Source: Fistulifera solaris (taxonomy: Eukaryota). From it: a stretch of 64,000 nt of DNA. The position numbers and the translations under genes are program-made. Location: the NCBI GenBank assembly GCA_030295235.1, contig AP026125.1, positions 682,001-746,000 on the forward strand, given 5' to 3'. The notes under the pieces are model-generated. The model was not told the DNA's origin. It saw nothing but the letters and a program-made list of their open reading frames with translations, and did no database searches. Shown here piece after piece: positions 37,401-48,696 of this stretch (the stretch's first letter is position 1; the number at the start of each line of letters is the position of its first letter).

Positions 37401-38163
37401 CGGCTGTCTTGAATGCTTCGTATTTTTCGAAACTATCAGCAAAGACCACAACAGGTATCCAACATCGGCTGTCACTATGGTCTGTTCGGTTCAAAAACGT
37501 ATCATAAATGCCGTATATTTCACCAGAGCAACCGTTCTGAACGTTGACACGGGCAATATAATCAAGTACACCCAGAGTTGACTCAATTTGATTGAAAGTC
37601 ATTGGCTGACCGTCATTTATATTGACGAGAACTGCCAAGCGAGTTTCGTCGTCAAAAAAGACAGGTATTGTGTATCGCGACCAACTTATACTGGGAGGTA
37701 TCGCTACATTTGTAAGCAAATAAGGAAAGTCTTCACTTTGCAACCCCGACAAGTCTCGCTGAGAAATGTCAAAATCTCCATTGTGTTGTGTCAAAAGACT
37801 CGGAGGGGCCGTGAAGACACGAAAACCGAAAATGTCCTGAAAGACTAATCGATTGACATTCCATACCAATGGATGCATCTGCACAAAGGGACTGTCTCTA
37901 TCCGCAAACGGCAGAACCAGCGAGGGCTCCCCTTTTCCGTAGTATCGCAAGAAAGCCGTAACAGCAGCCACTCCGCCCACGCAAGATTCGTCCTGTGCAT
38001 CCGCACAATCCGTCAACTCTCCGCTCAACAAAGGCGCTCCCGAAAGAACGAAATGAATGGTTTCGTTCGCCATCGTATCATTCACGTTGTCTTGTTCGCT
38101 CATGGTGATGAGAACAAAAAAGCTCGTTTTGAGGAGAATGTCTTCAAAGCGAAACACCCCCAT
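34474..38163 (-). CDS. Class C (GABA-B-like) GPCR with a 5'-nucleotidase-like ectodomain
   Basis: Single ORF over 1200 aa. 5'-NT C-domain (GECELGNLFTDA, SGGYR, FPF, LLQVSG), Cys-rich CVPGTFW..CEKCP, beta-rich linker, then 7TM with QPFFL, CMASPWLLSMGF, ALFSKLWRINKLF, DPL, AYQARNISDEFSE, P. Confidence 0.88.
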   Translation of the reverse strand: MGVFRFEDILLKTSFFVLITMSEQDNVNDTMANETIHFVLSGAPLLSGELTDCADAQDESCVGGVAAVTAFLRYYGKGEPSLVLPFADRDSPFVQMHPLVWNVNRLVFQDIFGFRVFTAPPSLLTQHNGDFDISQRDLSGLQSEDFPYLLTNVAIPPSISWSRYTIPVFFDDETRLAVLVNINDGQPMTFNQIESTLGVLDYIARVNVQNGCSGEIYGIYDTFLNRTDHSDSRCWIPVVVFADSFEKYEAFKTAVTNHVNPPALLIDVDGNDPAFETPQKVGNVWVTSVALSAEEYYHHKLTLSPDGKNVTGVEFIRHGLDTLNATLKDEEYASNIDALREQANQAAANDPVVGQATFMPASREEDYRRCKAGECELGNLFTDALRWWSKADFAVTSSGGYRGSGWEAGDVRVSDIWAGFPFPNNPCTGVMNGISVFKMFNYSINVATFEGMNTNDGDRLLQVSGLKVVFNKEREGDRLVAIEVWDSEAEEYAPLEQLKLYKFCTDSFMCGGFDPFPEFLVDELVTPGEEPGKTSDALLLQDIVTDYLQDLDSPYEAAINGRIVNDTSADTVLNFIQTADDCVPGTFWQPELSICEKCPERIAVSFLSEALEFDGLQGSKDEASGQISMVNSELDQVMVVPKSKPAWLNYSTAKFESGDTVQVVEGEAISVPSGGRIKYSFQAVTSELEPGTAQGTVAFAVLNGGNFPGCAGQDATFEVLMRVSPVENLNHLGPIKYLGFTLTAVAVITSLFLSGWVWYYRNLRIVKTLQPFFLMTISTGMLVMALAIIPLSIDDGTSSQRGCDIACMASPWLLSMGFTVAMSALFSKLWRINKLFGATSRRMRVREVDVMAPFALLFTLNFTFMLVWTLADPLRFVRLEIAGEPWNTYGSCQSSDDGSRTPISFTMTMLVGAVNVVALFVACKQAYQARNISDEFSEAKNMGVGLFSWFQLIAVGFPMLFLIDSDNPTARYFLQVFLVFAISMSMQLLIYVPMIIQAYKVRKNGGRQGTDATAGSANGSRFNVKHIGTTRISGLEGPVLSHLSDDLESLPFNDANPNADLQPRKTSAYSGSSLFSIDESLGTSDTSMKDGPTKNVEIVLDGFGGERRTEISEMSRAYKEQFNSVSDAAANDVGSEPSLNNKSEEGNTDQKSALQLVDTASLASNNTELASNNLSNVPRESAPPTKGTTPDANGDEMKRAIREKLERRRKELLEKKLELEEKRSIVYFR

Positions 38164-38786
38164 CGAATCTCCGCTGCAGAGACACCGGGGCACAAAAAAG
38201 CACGATAGGGGCGAGGATCGAGGATGGCATTTTCGAGATATTTCTTGGTCCTTTTTACTGTTTGCCTCGACCTCGGGCGTCGGAGTTCGGAGTTATTTAG
38301 AACGACACTTCCACATGTCGCTCGTGCACTTGGGTGCCGTTTCGGTACATTTCGATCAATACTGAATATAAAGTTTAACCGTTAATTAACTGTGTCGGAA
38401 CAGAGCTATAATGTAAAATTTGAGAGAACAATTATGACCCTTTGTCATAAGTCCTTTATCGCTCCTATACTGAGAGTATGGACTACTTTGTAGTTATGAT
38501 TTTCGGACTGTACCTTCTATCCAAGTGTTAGGCAGGCTAAAGGCTAAAATCTAAAATAGGTCTTCAGAGAGAGCTTGGGAGATTAGAAATTAGAAGCTAA
38601 AAAGAGATCAACATTTTTTGTCAATTTGACTATATCAGATGCCTTTATTAGCAACTGCTGTGCTAACCTGATACCGAATGTGACAATTTCCCATGTGCTA
38701 AACTACGGACTAGACCCGAAGGCAAGAACGCAAATGAAAGGGCTCGATGGTGTTACTTCACAAAGCGCAAGTCAATTCGTTTCAAA

Positions 38787-41700
38787 TTACGACGTCTTTG
38801 CACGCTTCGCACTCTGAATCTTCTCCTTTTACCTTCAGAACGGTACTTGCGTTTGAGCCTAGCCTTCCTCACGGCTTCTAGTCTGACTTCTTTTGAGCAT
38901 TCGACTTCTCAACCTGACTTTTTCGTTCCTCTTTCTTCGACTTTCGGATTGCCTGCTTCGCTTTGCGGATTGTATTCAATGCTTGGATAAAACTTTCCTT
39001 TCGTCTCTCATCGGCCTCCATTATGACCGCTCTTTTGGCTAGGTAACCTTTCTTGTTTCGCTGGCGCTCATCCTTAGGCTTGCTAGCATACGGTAAAGCT
39101 TCTTCGAGTTTTTTCGGCACAACGAGCTTTGTCTTGACTTGTTCAGGACGTTCGACAGGCTTATAAATTGAATCAGGATTCACTTCGATCGGAGTCTGAG
39201 TCTCAAGTTGTAACTGTATCAAGTAAAGCCAGTGAGTTACGATAGTCCTCTCCAGACAACTTTCACCGTCAAACTTACCTGTGTCTTCCCTTTCATGGAC
39301 CTCCACCCGCTCAACCCGTTCTCCGATATATGGTTAGTCACAGGGTTATAATAACGCTTGATATCTACCGGCATCCAAGTGCGACAGAATACGATATCTG
39401 ACATGAGAATCTTATCTTCAAAGGTCGCACGAAAAGATCCCGGCTGACCCTCCCGGAGCGCCTTTTTGATTGATCCTCGTATTCCGCTGACGGTTTTTAT
39501 ACTTGCGCCTTCAAATCGACTTACTTCTAGGTCGCTGTTAAACATCCCCGAAATAAAGGCAGTGTTCTTGTATATTTTCGAAGGGGTACCTACAAGCTTG
39601 AGCTTTTTCACAACAGGGAATGAAGCATTCAACTCCAAAACCACCCCGGTTGCAGCTATACGGAAGCCCGAAATATTATCTGTCACCCTTTGAATCGCCA
39701 AGATTCCTGTATTTGGTGGACATTGAGGGCCATAGAATGTAGCAAAACAGTGCATATGCTCGGGCGTATACTTGATATGTCTCTGGCGCCCATTAGTATC
39801 CTCAGTGGATCTGTTGATCACAGAGACTAAGTGTGAGAAAACCGCTTTTGTAGGGCATTGTGGTATGCAGCATACTTACAAAACTGGAATGCTCTGGAAA
39901 CGTCTCCAACCAATCGAAAACACGAGAGGGTCATTGCTTCGAAGAATTTTCTTGTGCCATCTATGCTTCTTAAACCGACATCTGGTAAGGGAGAGAGAGG
40001 TTTCCTGAGTTGTCAGTCCTCCTAAAACTAGAGGCATCTTTGGATCGAACCCGGTGACAAACCCCGACGGTATCCCTTCAATCTTCACTCTACAGTACAG
40101 TCCCTGACGGAAACCTTCATGGCGCAATCGTGACCGCTCTCCATCGATACCGAATTCTTCTTTGTTCCTAGCAAGGCGAGCTTCCTTTTCCCTTTTCAAA
40201 GCCTCGATATATTCGTTTTCAGCAGACTCATCATTCATGTCACCACCATCTTGCTTTTTCTCGTTGTCGTAGTCGTCGTCAAATTTACTTTTCTGCTCAG
40301 CCTTCTTTTTCGCATAAAAATCACGGAGCTCTTCGTCCGTCAGACCTTCTGGAGGTAAATCATCAATAGAACCAGTCGCATCCCGACCGGAGGAAGTAAA
40401 TTTCTCTCCACTTTCAAGATCTTCGAAGTCTCCGTACTCTTCTTCCTCTTCCTTTCCCCAGTTTCCGGTTACAAATTTGTTGCGAATGCTCTCAACCAAA
40501 CATCCATCGCTGTCTTCCAACCAAGGTGTAACGTTCAAAGGAGCTTCTACCATTCGACAAGAGTCTTCCTCGTCCAATACTAACGCCTCCACGTGGTTGG
40601 ACCCGGAAAGAGAGTTGTTGGCACGCGATCCAGTTACCTTTGGCTTGAAGAACTCGTCGTCATCATCGGATGAACTTTCGTCCTCGTCTTCAAGTGCCTC
40701 GTTGATCATGCTGGATTTTTGCGATTGACCGTAGACAAGCTCCTGAAGATTTATCATTCCTGATTCTCGCTCCAAAAATGATTGCTTAGCCCGTTCCGCG
40801 ATACTGGACTTCCAGTGATTAACTCCCAACGATGTTCCTTCGATTTCGTCTTCAGATAGATTTTCATCGTCGCTGCTTTCTGTGCCTTCTTCTTCCGATT
40901 CTTCATCAATTTCGTCATCCGATGACTCCTCGTCTTCTTCTTCGTCGTCCTTTTCATCGCCACTATCGCTTTCATTTTCGTCATCACTTTCACTTTCCAT
41001 ATCCTCATTTAAATCACCCAGAGCATCTCCTCGACGAGAAGACCGACGCCGATCTGTGTCAGATCCCTCTGATTCCGAGTCGTCATCGTCGTCCTCGCTC
41101 TCCTCTTCACTATAAGAAGATGATTCCTCAGCTACAATGGCTTTGCTGCCTTTAAAAATTCGAAACGACGACTTCTTCATTTTTTCATCGACACTTGTTC
41201 TAACATCTTGCAAATTCTTTAACATGCCAGCTGGTGCATCTGAATCGTACTCCACTTCTTCTTCCTCTTCCTCATCATTGTCGGCATCGCCATCGTCCTC
41301 TTTGCGTCTCGAAATTATGGCTAAATTTTCCTTCTTAGTATAGTTGGCTTGTCGAATGTCAATGTAGACAGCGTCCTTGTCGAAAGTGACAGCCCCTACA
41401 TCCGAAAGCGGAGCAAACAACAGTGCATCTTTCTTACTGAGTGTCGTCCGATCACGCTCCTTATCTGGTAGTGGACAAGGATCCGGTAAAACGCTAATAT
41501 CCGCCATGTCGTAATCCCCGACTCCAATGAGATGAACTTTCATCTTAGGATTCAGGTGCGTCCCTCGAACAAATCCATAAAAAACCATGGTTCGGTCGCA
41601 TTCGGGATCATTTTCCACATCGTTAGGATTTGTTATATCTTCATGCCGATCAACAACAATGTACGGGTGAGTATTTTTCCATACTAAAGGTCGGAACTGC

Positions 41701-42507
41701 AGATTGAATAAAAGAATCAGATGACCGCTTTCAAAGCCTTATATCACTATCATATCAAATGAACGTACCTTTGCTCGAGAAATAAAGAGAGTGAGTTGTT
41801 TCACTTCATGTTTCAAGTACTTTCCATTGATTACACCGGAGAAGTAGAGCATCTTTGCTCCATCGTAAATCTCAGTCCAGAACCGTTGCTTCAGCAGCTT
41901 CTTTGTCTTTCTCAGATTCTTTGCCGTTTTAAATTGATCCAGATGCGTGAAAACTCCCATGACTTTCGGAAAACCATGCGTTTGCAAAATATTGAGAAAT
42001 TCGAATGTCTCCATTTCGAACCCAAACTTGGCGTCGACGCACAAGAGAACGAGGTCGGCGATTTTGGCGCAATCCAGCATGCCCGCCGTATCGTTCGGAC
42101 ACTCGAGGAGAGTGATGCGTTTCTTCTTTCCCGTAACGACAGTAATGGGTCCAGTAACGGTAGTCAAGTTGTGATTGGTGTACATTTTGACGAGCGAACG
42201 AATGAGTGTTGACTTGCCGACGCCGGGCGGTCCCATGACAACCACCATGGTCGGAGGAGTCTCGTGTAATTCCGTAGCTCTGCGATCATGGAGCGGAACG
42301 TATTCTTTCTTCTGCGATCGGTCAAGGTTTCTTTGAATATTTCGTTTGGTACGAACGACATTGGCAACGGAAAAGGCTCGGTGATTGTGACGCTCAACGC
42401 GCGTGTTGTCCTTCTTTGCCTTTTTGTCTTTTTTTCTTTTCCTTGGCTCCGACACCGGCTTTCCGGCCCTTGTGCGAGTGGTGCTCGATCTTATCTCCTT
42501 TCTCCAT
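38787..42507 (-). CDS. BMS1: Ribosome biogenesis GTPase BMS1
   Basis: [92 protein letters not shown]. Three introns; frameshift near 42435. Confidence 0.95.
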
Positions 42508-42774
42508 GTTGGCAATTAGAATGGAACAAGAAATTTAGCGCATTGCTACCTTGTGCATGTGACGAGAAAGCTGAAAGAAAAAGAAAAAAATAAAAGCAGG
42601 GTGCTTTTTTGGATGGTGTCCTGCGCACGGTTGAACGGAGGACAGACGTACAGTGACCCAATGTGTACAGGGAGCTACAGTTGCTAAGGCGAATCAATTA
42701 GTTTAACCACTTTTAAATGCATGAACGATTTAAGGTAATGCGAGAACATTTAGGTAAAAAGTTCTCTGAAAAAG

Positions 42775-43773
42775 CTACTCGAAAGAAGAGCTTTTACTTT
42801 GTACATAGAGGCCCAGTCTTTCATCAATTGCTTGCACTCGCTGCACGAGACCTGGATCAACCCCACCAGGAATACCGCTGAATCCATTGAGAGCTTCGGT
42901 AGTCAAAGACTTCATCTCAGACGCAAAACTTAGCCCCCGTACCGTCAAGCCGGCATCCAAGACAGCCAAACACTCCGCCAAATCATCATACCCCACCAAC
43001 TGGCCAAGCACTTGCGCCGCTTCTCCTAAATCCCCACTCAGCTCTTCCACGACTCTCGCCTGAATAATTCGTAGTATTTGTAGCAATCGCGAGCTTTCTT
43101 TGGTTATCCGTGGAGAATTTGCTATTCGTTCGCATTCGCCCTCTAAGTGCCGGAGAAACCCGGCTGTCAAATTTTCCTGCGACAAGATGCGATCCAACGA
43201 ATCCTCACGCTCCCTTTCTGTCAAATTCTGATCCGAAATCGTTCGTATAATCTTGCCAAGAAGTTCCTTGTTGCTGTTATCAATTCCCACGGCTTCTTCG
43301 ACAAAGCCTTCCGCGAAGGAAAAAATAACATCAATGGCTTCGGACACTTGTTCTCCCGCTGCTTCTCCTTGTTCGTGCACCGTCTTGGCCAAAATATCTT
43401 GCACTATCCCAACACCGCGTTCACCATCCGACAAAATGTCCAGAACGAGCGGAATCTGCTTCGTCAGGTACGACGGAATGTGAGTCGGATCTTTCACGGA
43501 CAGTATCTGATCGACAAGAAGACGAAAATCTCGCTTTCGGTCTTCGAATTGGGACTCGTCTACTTCTTTGGGTGAGTATTGATGTCCGTCTGCGCCCAAA
43601 GAAGGACCGTATTTCGGTATTGCCGCCAATCGAATCCGAGGGTCCGGAAAATAGGTGCTACATCTCGCCGTCTCTCTGTGGAAAGGACGGCTCGGTGAAA
43701 ACCCTCGAACGCTTGGTTTCGCTACCAATAGCAATATTAATCTAATTGTAATTCTATTCATTCTCGACCGCAT
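42775..43773 (-). CDS. Hypothetical plastid-targeted helical protein
   Basis: Intact 332-aa ORF; hydrophobic leader ending SVRG-FSPSR; all-helical body. Confidence 0.65.
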   Translation of the reverse strand: MRSRMNRITIRLILLLVAKPSVRGFSPSRPFHRETARCSTYFPDPRIRLAAIPKYGPSLGADGHQYSPKEVDESQFEDRKRDFRLLVDQILSVKDPTHIPSYLTKQIPLVLDILSDGERGVGIVQDILAKTVHEQGEAAGEQVSEAIDVIFSFAEGFVEEAVGIDNSNKELLGKIIRTISDQNLTEREREDSLDRILSQENLTAGFLRHLEGECERIANSPRITKESSRLLQILRIIQARVVEELSGDLGEAAQVLGQLVGYDDLAECLAVLDAGLTVRGLSFASEMKSLTTEALNGFSGIPGGVDPGLVQRVQAIDERLGLYVQSKSSSFE

Positions 43774-44273
43774 TTTGATATATTTCTCGTTTGCTTTCTT
43801 TGTGATGAATCATCATCATCGCAATCCCGAAAATGGTGGATCCGGTTGTCGCGGGTCGTCTTCTCCCCCGCTTGCCGAGACTGGATTTTCAGTCATGAGT
43901 CAGAAAACAGCATGCCATTTTTTCGTCCAGCTTCTCATTTTGGCGGTATAGTCCGCGCCAACAACGGAAAGTGACTTCGACAAAAATTAGTATTAGAAAG
44001 TCTGTAGACTAATGACTCACCTCATCGTAGGTCTAACAAAAAGTACTTTGGACCCGGCACTCGCGCGTAGGAATGTCCCTCCTCCGCTTCCCTCATCTTT
44101 CCCCCCCATCTGAAACAGAAAACACGAGGAAAGACCTCGAACATCAAAAAGTCTTCGGTGAAATACAAGCATTCACCATTTTGGCTCAAAGAACCGAGGA
44201 AGAGAGACACCAAGGTGAAACGAGTGTTCCCTTACCCCAAAAGAATCACAAAAGAATAAGTCGAGAAGAAGAA

Positions 44274-45166
44274 ATGAGCTCCGAATCGGGCGAATACTCC
44301 TCAAACAGAATGAATTCACTGGACATTCTCGCTGCCACTTTCTTTGTTGTCGCTGGCGCCTGGCTGATCATCGCTTTGGTATATTCCTACTTTGTAATTA
44401 TATTTTTAAGACTGAGAGCACGAGGCGAGTTGAACTCGATCTACGAAGAAGACTTTGGTCGAGTGTACCTGTGTGGCAGCACTCGATTCTACATTTCCTT
44501 TGGTGGCATCTTCCGCCGATACATTCGCCATATACAACCCGAGCCTTCGCCGGGAGAACAAGTGATTCAATCCGTCAAATTTATGACCCGAGCGGAACGG
44601 CGAGAAGCCATGGAAATATTACTGTACGATTCAGTGGATAAGGGGTTTTCGAGGGTCGAAAATAAGCTCGAACAGGCGCTACCCACCGACGGGGACCTTG
44701 AACTCGGCCAAGCGAGTTCCGCATCAAATGATTATCTAGATGCCAATCCAGATACGACTTCTTCACAAGAACCAGTCTGCTCTATTTGTTTGGGTGAATA
44801 CGAATCGGATGACGATATACTGCGATCCAAAACATGTCCTCACGAGTTTCACAAAGAGTGTGTCATGGATTGGCTGCAACGCCAAATCAACACGGAATGC
44901 CTTGTTGCCGCTCGCCAATGGTAGACGAGCAGGATGTTTGGGCTACGGTGAAAAGGCAAAGAAAGTTCAAGAAAAAGGTATCACGACACGAAGTCATCTC
45001 CAAAGTCCTTCGGAAAAGGTCGGATCTTTCCGACACGGGGCGAAATAATACTAGTGATGGAAACGATTCCAACAGTAGTTCCGAATCCACCGTGCCCGAG
45101 TCACCGCCGCGACGTGATTTACGAATAGAGTCAAGCGATGCCAGCCAGGATTTGCCGGAACCGTAA
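44274..45166 (+). CDS. Transmembrane RING-H2 E3 ligase (ATL-like)
   Basis: N-terminal TM; CSICLGEYE...CPHEFHKECVMDWL...EC[P]CCR.P, with a frameshift at about 44902 inside the last CxxC. Confidence 0.82.
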
Positions 45167-45340
45167 ACATCGTTAGTTGTTAAGCTCCGTAGGAAGGAGA
45201 TACAACGTAGCTCCGTAACATTTATGGAAGATAATCTATGATTTAAGTAAATAGTCAGTAAGAACATAATGAATCAAAAGTTTCGGCACGACAAAGATTA
45301 GTAAAAAAGCTATCCAACGAGGACTAAATAATTTATTTAT

Positions 45341-46346
45341 TTACTCTTCATCAGCAGCAAGTTCAGCCTTCTTCGCATCCTTCTTGGCTTGCACACGAGC
45401 CTTGCGTTCGTCGTGAGTGAGCTTACTCTTGCGCTTGTAAGACTTGTCGGGAGTAAATTCCTTCTTCTCGGAAGGACTGGGATCCTCACGAATCTTTTCG
45501 TGCACTCCCTCGTACAATTCTTCCAAACCATCACCGGCAATATCGTTTTCAAGGAACGACTTGAAGTGCGATTGGTACTTGGCATTATCTTCCTCCTCCA
45601 AATATTCCATGTACTCGGACACGTGTCCACCAAAGATGCGTTCGCGGTGCATGTCGGCATCGTATTCCTTCGTGTCACGGTCGTATCCAGGGAATCGCTT
45701 CTCGGAGTGAGGAATGTCCAAACCACCGTCAGCGGCGCCCTTCAAGGCACCGAAAATACGGCAACCCGTACTGGTAGTGCGGCAACCCACATCCAAAAAA
45801 GCAACGGAAGGGCTTCTTGTCGTCATCGACTTCATCGACGTAGTACTTCTTATTGTCGTACTCGGTGCTGACAATTTGTCCATCGACTTCGGTGTTGCCC
45901 TCGTAAACATCATCGAGTCCGAGTTTCTGCAACACACGACGAGCGACCAAAAGACCCGTGCAGTAAGCGGCGGCGTAGTTTTTCAAACCAACCGAAAGAC
46001 CATAGCGGGCGAGTTCTTTCGAAGTGGCTTGAGCGAGGACGCGGTCACCGTCAATGAGCGAATACACAATCTGGCAAATGACTTGCTGGTTGGTGAATCG
46101 GACGACCAAACGGTACTTGGGCGACTGGTATTTGTTCTTGTCCTGGCAAACAAGTCTCTTGCGCTGACGGTAATCCGTTTTTCCTTCGCGGCGACGTCGG
46201 AACTTGACCTGATATCGCGAGAAGTACGCTTTGGTTTTGGTGGCTTGGACGAACGGCTGTTGAAAAGAAAAACGAGATATTTTGTTAGCTGATTGACTCT
46301 TTCTCAGATTTTACGGACGACTTAGACTCGAACAGATGCTTACCAT
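45341..46346 (-). CDS. RPL5: 60S ribosomal protein L5 (uL18)
   Basis: ATG-only first exon (46346-46344), intron 46343-46257, then PFVQATKTKAYFSRYQVKFRRRREGKTDY..., NYAAAYCTGLL.ARR, FGALKGAADGGLDIPHSEKRFPG. Frameshift at the A6 run near 45795. Confidence 0.96.
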
Positions 46347-46656
46347 GGTGAAAGAGTTGACGTTGAACTATAAAAGTTGTTGATATCAACAAATCTGTTT
46401 TCCTAAACAGAGCTATCGTTTTCGTTTCTTGCACTTTTGGGGAAGTTCATCCATTTTTTAGTAGAGCGGTAAACGACGACCCAACTGATACACGACTGTT
46501 TTCAGTCCCGCGTATGCTCCCACCATCACTCCCCATTTTATCCGTTGCGCAGCGTTTTGCGAAAAAAGGTCGACCCATTTTGCGAATATAAACAGTAATG
46601 ATTGATCGATCGCAATAGAAAAATAAACTAACAATAGAATCACAACAATTATAACT

Positions 46657-47319
46657 ATGACAAAATCACTGTTTGAAAAAGTCGCCAACGATATGCTCGA
46701 GGCCTCCGAAAAGCTCGTCAACGGCGTCGAAGAAGGCCTCGCCATTTTGTTTTCAAGCAAAAAGGAACCACCGCAATCAGCAGAAAAAGAAGAATGGGAC
46801 GACGAAAGCATGACCGAAGAATTCTTGACGCAATCATCACCCTTGAGCGGAATTGCCGAAAGTGTCATGGGCAATATTTTGGAGGGACAACAAACACCAC
46901 AAACGTTTCTAGAACACTTTCATGCGTTCCGGTACGCGATTACTTGGTCCGAACCCTTTGTCATGGGACTTATCGCGTTTCAAGTTGTCATGTTGTTGTT
47001 GACATTGTGGGTGTCACGCAAAAATCAAAGTTTGGCGCCGCGCGTCATTCTCATGTTACTGATATTGGGATTGGTGCGCTTGGCGGAACGATGGAATGAA
47101 CTGGGCGCTCGGCATTGGCGCAGTTTTGCTACACAGAATTACTTTGATCGACGCGGGATCTTTGTTTCGATAATGCTTTGTGCTCCTCTTCTGTTCGATA
47201 GCTTGATTATGATGATTTTGTTTCTGCGCGAGGCATCGCAGCTTCTAGTAGAAGTGAAGGCGGCGCAAATCAAACGGAAGCAAAAGGTAGACAAGAAGCG
47301 ATCAAAGAAGGATCAATGA
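46657..47319 (+). CDS. TMEM18: Transmembrane protein 18-like
   Basis: AITWSEPF..GLIAF, AER.NE.GA.HWRSFATQNYFD..G.F.S, basic C-terminus. Confidence 0.88.
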   Translation: MTKSLFEKVANDMLEASEKLVNGVEEGLAILFSSKKEPPQSAEKEEWDDESMTEEFLTQSSPLSGIAESVMGNILEGQQTPQTFLEHFHAFRYAITWSEPFVMGLIAFQVVMLLLTLWVSRKNQSLAPRVILMLLILGLVRLAERWNELGARHWRSFATQNYFDRRGIFVSIMLCAPLLFDSLIMMILFLREASQLLVEVKAAQIKRKQKVDKKRSKKDQ

Positions 47320-47707
47320 AGCACAATGGAAGTCAAATTCGGAGATAGGAGTTAGAGTTGAAGACTAGTCTAGCGTCTAGCGTCTAGCTATCTATTTGAG
47401 TTCGAATTCCGAAAAACTGTATGTATCTTACCGGGACCCGTTGCGCGAAAATATTCTTTCAAAGAAAAACAACACGCAACGGAGAAATAATAAACACCAT
47501 AAACACATCATCGGCATCATCGTCGTTATTGTTGATGTTGCTAACTGCTACCATTCATTATTAGTATATCATTCTTTAAAATACCTTAGGATGCATTCTC
47601 ATTTCATTTATAAAGATAAGAGAATTTAAGGTTTAGAGGGAATAACTTTGAAAGCCCGAGCACAGTAAGGTTGACCGAAAAGCAGCAGTGTCACAACGCA
47701 CGCAACA

Positions 47708-48512
47708 ATGTCCTCCAAAGCGCTCTACCTTCAACGCGTCGATCCATCTATCCTCTATCGTTACCAGAGTCCGCAGAAGAATCGACGATTCATCGAAATT
47801 TGGAAGACACCCTGTATTGTGAGCAAATTCGGCAAACAATCCGAAGCCAACTGCTCCATACTCGTCAACCCTGCCAATCCACAACTTTCCGGCGTGACCC
47901 AGTTTCCTTACTTTCCCCGAGGAGGACCTGTTCCGAAAAGACCGCCCCGTATTTCGGCCCACCATATCATGGGATACGTCACCGAATGGGGTGGTATGGA
48001 TGTGGGGAATGGTATGTTGTTTCCGGTTTCGGTGGTCGATGGATTGGTGCATCTGCACGGAGGATGGAAGCTGCAGGCCGAATGCAAATGGTTGAACATG
48101 AAACATGGGGAGAACCTTGTCCCGTCGGTTCTGCTGTAAAGACATCGGCCGGAAATGCGACGCTGGCTGAACATTACGATACGATCATTCATACGACGCC
48201 ACCGTTCTATCAGCATCATGAGGAATCGGAACGACGGTTGGCAGACTGCTACCAATCCGCACTGAAAATAGCATTTACACAGCATAAGAATGGCGTTCGC
48301 CGCGTGGCGATTCCGTTACTCGGAGCTGGAGCACGTGGTTTTCCATTGGATGTGGCGGTTCAAGTTGCCGGAGAGAATGTATGGAACTGGTGCAACCAAA
48401 AGATACAGCATCGCTGTATCACGATGAGCAAGTAGCTGCGATGGGTGTTTTAGAGGAGACAGTAGCCGAAGAGCTGATCAAGGTTTTGTCTTCTATGAAA
48501 GCCAATGATTGA
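47708..48512 (+). CDS. Macrodomain (MacroD/YmdB-like) ADP-ribose-binding protein
   Basis: LVNPAN, VDGLVH, CPVGSAVKTSAG, IIHTTPP, LADCYQSAL, VAIPLLGAGARGFP. Frameshifts near 48110 and 48400. Confidence 0.85.
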
Positions 48513-48696
48513 AGATGGCAAGATCTTATCGCTCAATGTCCTGCATCTGATGACAGAGTATTATTTCTTGTCCAGACGCAGTGCATTTTCCCGCTATTCT
48601 CGACATCTCTTGCCATATCATTCTCTCTGCGCTGTAACACTGCAATGTTAAATGCAAAGGAGGGACTGTCGAAAGCGCAAAGTGGCGAAATTATCG

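Noticed and set aside
45341..46346. Pseudogene or programmed-frameshift calls for RPL5 and other broken genes
   Set aside because: The breaks are scattered single-base indels, often in homopolymers, in essential genes; sequencing error is the simpler explanation.
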